NCBI GenBank assembly: GCA_051362555.1
Contig: CM120644.1
Span: 8,378,954-8,442,953, forward strand
DNA: 64,000 nt
Direction of reading: 5' to 3'
Source of the DNA: Lingula anatina
Taxonomy: Eukaryota; Animalia; Brachiopoda
In this document: in pieces, positions 12,301 to 21,332 of the stretch
How the letters are laid out: the number at the start of each line of letters is the position of its first letter
How positions within the stretch are numbered: the stretch's first letter is position 1
The notes under the pieces: model-generated
Seen by the model: the letters and a program-made list of their open reading frames with translations, nothing else
Databases searched by the model: none
Told to the model about the DNA's origin: nothing
Made by a program: the position numbers and the translations under genes

Positions 12301-13430
12301 AGAAAAAAAAGATCAAGAAAGAAAACGTGCAGTAGTTCAAGGCGTCCTTGAAAAACAAGAAGTTTCAAATAGGGTGAAATTTCTCGTTGTGGTAATGCAC
12401 AAAGAAGGTCACACCTACCACAATGCCCACAGAACTTACTTGTACTTGGGCACAAGTATCTTATCTCATAGTCTGCGCAGGACCCGTCGGCTTGCTGGGA
12501 GTTGCGACACAGCAGACCTTGTGTTGGTAAACAATGGACCTCCAATATATCTGGAGCAGTTCCAGACCAGCGAGTGAACGTACTGGTTGACCCCTTTACG
12601 CGACACTCCGCCGCGATGGGTTTACATCCGCCACAGATGTAACCTAGTTTCTAAATGAAAGTGGCAAATAAATTTTACTTTTATCTTTTTTATTGACCAC
12701 CCTAAATGTCGAGGCTTTCCACTTTTCTCTTTACAAACGCTCGCTCTCTTCTTCTCTTTCCCATTCTTGCATTCTAATACAATGATATTATTTTACATTT
12801 TCCGAACAGTGTTATCAGAGAAGCATCATCTCAACCAACCGAATTACATTCATTCATTTATTTTAGCCTTTCCTCTAATCAAACGACGTAGAAGCTAGAA
12901 GTGAAGTTTTTTCTTACCTTTTGCTCTGTAATATGTTCATTATCCTCATAACCAGAAGGATCGTCTCGGTCATACCAACCGGTCCAATAATGTCCTTGGG
13001 AAATAAAGACAGTGAACAGTCACAGATAAATTCAGTAACTTCAGTAATATATATTGAGTGACGTACATTATTCAGACTAAAGTCTCAACAAAATGCAATT
13101 TATGTCTGTTCCTTGCGCCTACAACAATGTAACAGTGTTTAATAATATCTAGTTCCTAAAACTTATATAAGTATACATGTGCAGACAACCTTTTCTTTCC
13201 TTCTCGAACAAATAATGATATGTTGTATTATTTCAAGTTCGAGCAGAAATACAGTTCAGTTATTAAAGTGTATATTCTGGATAATATCTCAAAGATTAAA
13301 CTAATTAACTGGCATGGTACACGTGTATATGATGTATGAAGAGGTGACATATGTTAACAAAACGCTGCCTCTTACCTTGGATAGAATGTAAAGTCAGAAA
13401 ACACGAAAACACAAAGGGCATCAAATTCAT
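9384..13430 (-). CDS. Secreted triple CysD/WxxW domain protein, copy 2; 303 aa; 7 coding exons
   Basis: Exons 13430-13376, 12994-12918, 12650-12440, 12207-12131, 11608-11401, 10844-10744, 9566-9384. Exon lengths are identical to copy 1 and the frame is intact. Amino-acid differences seen: K18Q, G>A and V>L in D1, Y>D and D>N in D3. Confidence 0.92.
10463..10679. mobile_element. Same MITE family, copy in CysD copy 2 intron 6
   Basis: Near-identical to 2970-3186. Confidence 0.8.
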
Positions 13431-16400
13431 GTTATACCTGAAAGATGTAACAATATTTTACACTAGAAGGCCATTTACCATAACAGTTATCTCTCACACC
13501 TATTTCATGACATAATTCTTACCTATAATCTACATAACATACAACCCTAAGCTGGGGGGGGGGGGGGGCATTGCCCTTTGTACGCTTTTGAAATATAATA
13601 GAAATTATGATCCAAATTGCTGTCAAAGATCATCATTCATTTGACCTTGTACTGTCTGAAGGAAGGGAAGTCTGGAAAAAGTCTACTCTTTGGAGACTTG
13701 TGAAAATGATGATAAAAATGGATGACTCCAAAGGCCTGGTAATGCTATTAGAATACAACACTTGACTCCAGTTGCCTTGATTTTTTTAAAACAAAGTGTG
13801 ATAAAATATCCCCCCATTGCTACTCTTGTCTGTTCAGGAACATCATGTCTTATCACCCATACCCATCAACACTAAGAAAACAACCTATTTAACTCATATA
13901 TCTCATCATTATATATAGTTACCAACAAAAACGCCGTTTGCATACATTTATGAAATTTTAACCAATGGGAACACGTAATCTGAACATCAAAGACATCATT
14001 TTATGCATGAATGTCATTGAAACACAACAAATGTACTTTTATGAGGTCTTACTAAATCTAAATTACAAACATGTTACCATCCTTTAAAGTAAAGTAAAAA
14101 AAAGAAATAAAAATAGGTTATTTAATTGCTTCTGTACATTTTACGTCCCCGCCGAAGCCACAGAAACATCCAAATGCGACGGTACACCAATTTACAGTTG
14201 CATAATTTGGATAAACAACATCACAACCAATGAAAAACTTAACTTATGACTGTATACACCTTTCTATCTTTATATTTTAAAAATTACTTTAAAACAATAG
14301 TAAGGTTGCTTCACCATGCGCTATTACACATAATTGGATATAGGTAAAGGAATCCGTTCTTAAGAGTATACGGCGTGCATGGCACGATACTGATTTTAAT
14401 TAATTAATTAATTTTTATTAAAGAATTTGCTACTAATAATAATGATAACTACGATAACAAAAAAGTAGAATGAAATGCAGCGCAAAGTTTATTTTTGAAC
14501 AGGGGGCTACCACATACAAAGTTCACAATGTATTGAACTTTGTATATATTATAGAATTGCTCAAGAACAATGTAAAAAGGTTGGTTCTGACTTACATGTG
14601 ACCATACCTATAGGCACTGACAGTGATACGTGCAGTATGAATACGTGACGTGAGCTTACAAATTAATGAAGCTGTGAAAATCTTAATCGTACCTCTCGTG
14701 GTGAAAGGCGTGAGTGTATAAACCGAATCACCGTTCGATACTTTCCGTTTTGTTAAGCTGTTAGGAAAAAGATTTCAGAGAGGTGTCATTCCAATGAAAA
14801 TGTCTCGCAGTGACCGACCAAGGAACAATACAAGGCGAGATGATAGGTGTCCTTATTTACAAGGGACGTACTCAGATATTTTGGGAGCAAATTAAGAAGC
14901 CAAAACTCGGAGGAAACTTATTTTGTCAGGACAAGAAGACTAAGGATTTTGACATGCTTTTTTATATCGCCTTATATGAAATTCACTCATGGTGCTGAAA
15001 CACCATTCGCCGCAAATCATATACGACAAAGCACTTTTTCGATATTCCCTAACCTTTCAATCCCTCACACTAACATTTTACTGGTATTTCTCCGTTGTTC
15101 TCTAACGATACTCACCTATAATCTACAATAACCAAAATGAAGCCATGAACACAGATTAATATTTTTGTTTATGTAAAAACAACAATACCTGTACAAATGA
15201 TGGTTTATAAAAAGGAAAAAAAATGTGTATCAAAGTTTTAACCTGAAAACTTGCCCCTTACCTCAGCGGAGTGTCCTCGTCCACTTTTTGCTTGAATTAA
15301 CAACGTCTTCTGATGGATTACCAAAGATAACATCAATTTATACACGATCTTAATTACGTAAGTGGGTGTAATGTCGGCCTTACATCTGAAAAACAACTTC
15401 GAATTAGAATTAAAAAGACATGATTTTATTCATAAGCACCTGCACCCCTTAATCAAAACGCGATTAATTCAATTTATAAACCGATGTTTTTCCCAAACTT
15501 TTCAAGTATGTGAAAGTAAACTAATAGATGTGAAAAAAAGCAATGTACCCTGCTGGGATCCAGTTTTCTAAATAAAAAAGAGAAAATTGTTCATCCGTTT
15601 CTTGCTTGACCGTCAGTCTTTTTAGACTGATGTCGTCCAGATACAAAATCTATGGTCTGACAATCAAATTTATGACCAACTCTATGCATTTATGTTCTGC
15701 CGACAGTTATGTGTGGTATTTAAACTAAAAATAAACTTTAAAATGCAGAAATAAATCTATGGTGTTTATTGTTATCTGCAAACCAAACGAAATTTTAACA
15801 TATTTTGATAAATCAAGGCCATTTAACTTTTGAACAGACTGTGAGAATTTGTGGGAATACTGCAGATTTTGTCGCTGTGACCAAATATAGCGCAAGGGAA
15901 GGCAAAACTTTCTACAGAGAACTGCAGTCTCCCATTAAGAACAAATTCCCTTGAGTTCTGGGGTCCGTGTGACAGAAAGTCCGCCCTCCATATAGTTATA
16001 ATGGTTAGGGTTAGTTTGACCTAAGTAGGTCAAAATCTAGGGCGAGGCTCACCTGTACAAATTAATGGGAAGTGGACTCTCTGTCATTGGGGACTTTCTG
16101 GATGGGCAAGATGTGCTGGTAGATTCCACAGCCAGCTGATGGTTACAGGAGCTGATAGTACAAGGCTGCTTTCAACTTGAGCGTAACTCAGGGTACAATT
16201 ACAGTTAGTAATTTATAAGTTCTATAATGCTCGTTAAAGCCGACCGGGGAATACCAATCAAGGTAAAAAGTTTTAGATAGGCGTCTTCGCAACAAACCAC
16301 ATACAAAAATCTCAACTTCCAGACGTTTTAATGTCCACATTTTATAAAATGACAATTTGATTAAAGTAAACTCTTATCCACGGTGCTCCGTGAGAGGCTT

Positions 16401-16512
16401 GCACACACTCATGCTGCTGATCTGTATACTAGGGCCCATGACATTATACATGTTTCACATTCTGAGGTTAGAAAAAAATGAGTCTTGGAGATCATATGGA
16501 CACAAAGGGTGT

Positions 16513-16725
16513 ATTCCCAGAGATTTAGATCGATCCAGGGATTAAGATTTAGATCGTCCTAACTCCCTGGGGGTTCAAGCTAAATTGCAGTCAGCCGAGC
16601 GCGCACCATAGTAATTACCCCCTAGCAGCTTTCAGTAGGCGGGACAGACGCTTAAGCCGGCTAAGCTGACAGTAATCTAGTGAGACTCCCCACAGGGATA
16701 GATCGATCTAAAAATCTCTGGAAAT
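16513..16725. mobile_element. Diverged, inverted copy of the 2970-3186 MITE family in the CysD-CMPK2 intergenic region
   Basis: Reverse-complement similarity (cctaactccctgggggttca, gtcagccgagcgcgcac, gtaatctagtgagactcccca, gatagatcgatctaaaa). Confidence 0.75.
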
Positions 16726-17551
16726 GGGGTGAAAGTGGGCACAAGGATATGTTATATAAAATAGTATAATGCTTGGTATAGTATGGAGGACATGGGGATG
16801 AAATTATTCGGTTTAGCCTGGTTTCGTTTGTTTTATACTGTTTTTGTGGTGGAAGATGGAAAAAAGGGTGCCTCCAAAGTTATGGGAGGTACGTGGTCCA
16901 CTATGTTGTTACCCCCAGGTACCGCCATTAGGTGTAAACAAAACATTTTGAAGGCGATTAAATTTGTCTCTTTCATTCTGCGTCCATGCAACTTTACTTT
17001 GGTCTTCATTTACCAACCCTCCCCGCCAATTTTTTTCTGGCACGTTCTGTTAATGTTGAGCTTTTATAAACTTAGACGTAAGCGATAAATATGATTAGAT
17101 GTCATTATAGTGCATTTTATCTTTGTATATTTTATTCTAAATGAAGAAAATTGTGAAGTGCCACTTAAGGCATAGATCTTCACTAGCGATGAAAGATTTT
17201 GCTAAGGAGAGGGGAGGGGAGGGTAAAAAAAAAAAAAAAACATTAGCAGCGATGGTAGTGTGGTGTGAAATTTGCTGATCAAGCATTGGCGGAAACTGTG
17301 GGACAAAATTAATTTTAGGTTGTCCGAAGAGTACTAGTATAGAAAAACAAATGATATTACGGAATTTTAACAGTGAAAACATCCAAAAATGTAGATGACA
17401 ATCGTGGAAGGTCTTGCGATTTGACTCGTCCAAAGTGTCAGAAATAGCCTAGGAAGATCTAAACAATAAATAAATAAATAAATAAACAGATAAGCAAATA
17501 ACGAAAAATGAATAATCATCTCACACAGTTTTCAATACCCTTGTTGTCATT

Positions 17552-17665
17552 GGGGATTCCACGGAAAAAAGTGTCACTGCCTTGAACTAAATATAGACAT
17601 ATAACGGGGGATTCTCCCTGGCCCACAATGCATCGGATGACGTCATACCCTTTCGAGGAATTCCC
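17552..17665 (+). promoter_or_regulatory. CMPK2 proximal promoter cluster: three NF-kB-like sites, a CRE and GAS-like sites
   Basis: GGGGATTCCA 17552-17561; GGGATTCTCC 17608-17617 (matches GGGRNNYYCC); TGACGTCA 17638-17645; TTCGAGGAA 17652-17660 (TTCN3GAA) overlapping AGGAATTCCC 17656-17665; TTCCACGGAA (N4) at 17557-17566. All lie 90-205 nt upstream of the ATG. Confidence 0.6.
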
Positions 17666-17756
17666 TATCTGAAATTTGCCGGGTGATAAGTTTTCTGGAA
17701 TCTGAAGAGAAAGAGAACACCAATATTGCAACAGCATAAAGGGAATAATCAAATCT

Positions 17757-20695
17757 ATGATACTGCGTACTCTGAGGTCTAATCATTGGTTGAAGGACTT
17801 TCCTAAATTGCGCATTTCTTGCATTTTCCAGCTGCAACACAAAATGGCGGGAACGCAGGCTGGTTCGGATAACAATACCAAAGGCAGCCCTGAAGAGTCC
17901 AACAATATATTCTGCTTTGAACTCAAAGGCGGGCCATTTTATTTCACCTTACAGAATTCTAGCGAGATAGGCTCCAAGCGCCAGAAATTTCACTATCCAC
18001 AGGAGCTTCAAAACTGTAAGGAAGTTTTAGGAATGTCATCTTTCGCCGTCAGCACTGATGGGAAAAATACAACAAATGGATTACACTCGATCAAATCTTC
18101 AGTAATTCATAATATGATCAGGCATTACAGCATGCGAGATCGCTTGAAGACGATGGAAAATAACTCCTCGTTTTTAATGGACAAACGTTGCTCTGTGATC
18201 CCTACACTGACCCTTGACAAGAATGTCGAAGGTGATGATCGATTTTGCAGAGGTTTTGCCATCCTGGTCAATGAGAAGGGTTTTCCTGAGGATTCAGTAA
18301 AAGACGCCGTTAAAGAGGGCATAGCGGAATTTGATTGCCTTTCTTTTAACAGGTACCGGTAGTACACCCTTTTATGTATACTATATATATAAATTGTGTG
18401 AATCATTTGCTTTATAAATATGTTTGTTTACAGATATATGCCCTATAGGTCAATGTGTCAAAAGCATTATAAATTCTTTTATCAGTTATACATGGGTAGA
18501 AAAAGGTCCCCACTGGTTTTATCCCTGAGTCATGTAAAGGGTTAGAAAGCTTGACTTTTTCAGAACCCCCACCCCCCTTTTAATTGCTGAATGCAGGCCT
18601 GGTAACTATATTTGTCTGTTTGTTATCCTTATTTAATATAATTTTATTATTATTTTTCATTTATTATTTATATTTATTTGTGTATTTTTAATATTTTTAT
18701 TATTATTACTTAATTTTATTTCAGATTTGTCAATGAAGGTGATCAGATAGTTCATCACTCAGACACTGGTGTTGATAATGAAGAGACCTCCTCAGTGGTG
18801 GTCCCAGTGCCACGCCCACACATCCACCCAGCATTTCTAGACAGGGAGACCATTGGTGTGTTTCACAGCTACGAGAGGTCTGTCCGGATATTAAATGAGG
18901 TATTTAAAATAGATATTTTTTTAGACAAGTTATTGAGCATTAAACAAAATATTAGGAGGTGCAGCGAGAATTAATTAAATGCACAGTCAAATGTAAAAGG
19001 GGAAAAAAACATAGTACAGTTCCAGACCTGTAGCTGGTGGATGGGGGTGGGGGGGGGGGGGTGGGGGTTGGTTCAAATGAACCGTCCTTTGACAGAAAAA
19101 GGTAAACTCTGGGTAAAAACCGATCTAGGTACAAAAAAGTTTCTTGGTAAAAGGTTCAGTTTTTCAGAAAAAGAACTGCTGTTTTAAAATTGCTCACTTT
19201 TGAATATTTTAACATTAGGGTTATTGACCAGCAATGTAGCTACATTGTGTTTGCATTGACTATAATTGCAGTGTAAGCATTTGCCAGAGGTCCAGGAGTC
19301 CCTGAGGATAGCCGCTGAGCATATAGAGAAAGATTTCTCCATCCAAGACTACCAACAGCAGATGAAACACCCATTTATTGTATTAGAGGGTCTGGATGCA
19401 ACAGGTGAAATTTACCCCCTCCCCCCCTCCCCTTTCTCTCACTCTCTCTCTCTAAATTTCTCACACACACAAACACAAACGCTTAGAGTAACATTTCATA
19501 AAGAATTAAAGAAACTGTATTTATTTTTACACAAAGTGAGTCATATATCTCCAAATGCCTTTTGATGAAATTTGTAATTTTATTTTTCCCTCTCAGGAAA
19601 GAGCACTCTAGTCGAAAAACTGGGTCAAACACTGAATTCAGTTGTCATGCGCACACCACCAGACTGTGTTAGACATCTGCGTGAAAAGTTTGATGCTCAT
19701 CCTGAGATCCTGCGGCGGGCATACTACAGCCTCGGAAACTACATCGTTGCCAAGCAGATTGCTGAAGAGTGCCAAACACGAGCTGTGGTCATGGACAGGT
19801 GAGCACTCTTAGAGACTAAACATTTATGCTGTAAGTCTCAGCTTTAAACAATTTTGATTTAATTTATGAAATACTGTTTTCTGTATAAAAGGAAAAACAG
19901 CTCCTCAGTGTCTTAGAATTCAATGCCTCAAATAAAATTCAATTCATGTGCATAAAACAACTGCATTGTTTACACATTTTAAAAACAAATCAGACATAGG
20001 TGATATATACCGTATGTCTCTAGAATTATAAGCAATTTCCAACATCTATTACTCAGTCAGCACATCCCATTTCAGATTCTGGCAGAGCACAGCTGCCTAC
20101 GCCATAGCACATGAGTCTGGGTGTGGAGACAAGTCAGTGCTGCCCCCTAATGAACACTGGGTCTACGCTTGGCCAGAAGACCTCATCAAGCCTTCTGCCA
20201 TTTTGTTTCTCACCGTAAATGAGGATATAAGAGACGAACGCTTGACGGAAAGGAACATGACGAAGTTGACACATGAAGAACAACTTATGAGGAGCAAAAA
20301 GAGTGAATTCAGGGAAAGGTTTGTAAAAAATTCAGCTGTTATTTTTGGAGATTTTTTTGATTTGTAAAGCTGAAAACAATTTAAATTTTATGTTTTTCAC
20401 CAAAATGCTTGCAAACAGATTTTTTAATTTGCACCTTTCTCTGTGTTGGTAGATAAAGAAAAATATTGCTTAATAAGCAAGCATATCTTAAAACAGACAT
20501 GACAGGTATACATTTACAATGTCTAGACTTTTCTGAATGAAGCAATTGATATCTATGTTTAATCATTTCAGATTGCTTGAAGCTTATGTCAGAATGCGAG
20601 ACCCAGCCCCAATTATCATAGATGCCAGCAAGTCAAAGGTAGAGGTGGCTGAAGAAGCTATGGAGGCACTGAGAAGGAGGAAGCTACTGCCGTGA
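17757..20695 (+). CDS. CMPK2: UMP-CMP kinase 2, mitochondrial (thymidylate-kinase family), 490 aa, 6 exons
   Basis: Exons 17757-18352, 18725-18899, 19272-19404, 19597-19798, 20076-20318, 20572-20695; 1473 nt, GT-AG introns, phases consistent. P-loop IVLEGLDATGKST, then RRAYYSLGNYIVA, VVMDRFWQSTAAYAIA and LPPNEHWVYAWPEDLIKP, matching vertebrate CMPK2. Basic N-terminal presequence MILRTLRSNHWLKDFPKLRIS. Confidence 0.95.
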
Positions 20696-21332
20696 ATGTA
20701 AATTAATACACAGTAGCAGACATTTTATATGCCATTTATATACCAGAAGTAACAGATGGAGATGCCTTGAAACTTGAGATTGCTTTTAATTAATGATAGA
20801 TGAGAGAAATCAGGGGAAAATATGACATACCAGTACCTGTACTGATGTCTTATTTGTTTTACTTTAAGCTGTTGAACAAAGTTGAAAAACACCTTGAAGA
20901 ACAAGACCAACATTAGCATAAGACTAGGAGTTGACATTAATCTTTGAAGGTTATCAGGTTAGGTTAATCATTCAGTCAAAATTTATATATCTACCAGACT
21001 AACAAGGTTGTGTTAAATGGAGGTGGAGGTGACCCCACCCCCTTTTCAAATTGAAAACACCTTTGTTCCATTACACTTTGGTTTTGAATATAAGCAGTGT
21101 TGTCTAAATATACTCATATAGTGGAACAATTATCTTATACCTCCACTGAAAGCTGTTATTATACCTTATTTGGAAAGAGATTGATTTTTCACTGTTGATT
21201 AGATGCTAGACCTTATGATATTGATTTATTATTTTAAATCATATTGGCAAGTTATTATGCCAAAATATTATGTAAGAATAACCAATTTAAATATATAAAT
21301 GATAAATAATTAATGAAAGCATCAAATTACTT

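Larger units (their letters stand above)
7957..15500. repeat. Tandem duplication unit B (7957-15351) plus ~150 bp of diverged homology marking the right edge of the array
   Basis: Colinear with unit A. Homology to 1-150 continues at 15352-~15500 with many mismatches and then stops. Confidence 0.9.

Noticed and set aside
13431-17756. Search for RSAD2/viperin exons head-to-head with CMPK2
   Set aside because: No CxxxCxxC radical-SAM or viperin-like sequence recognised by eye. A tBLASTn is needed to exclude small relics.
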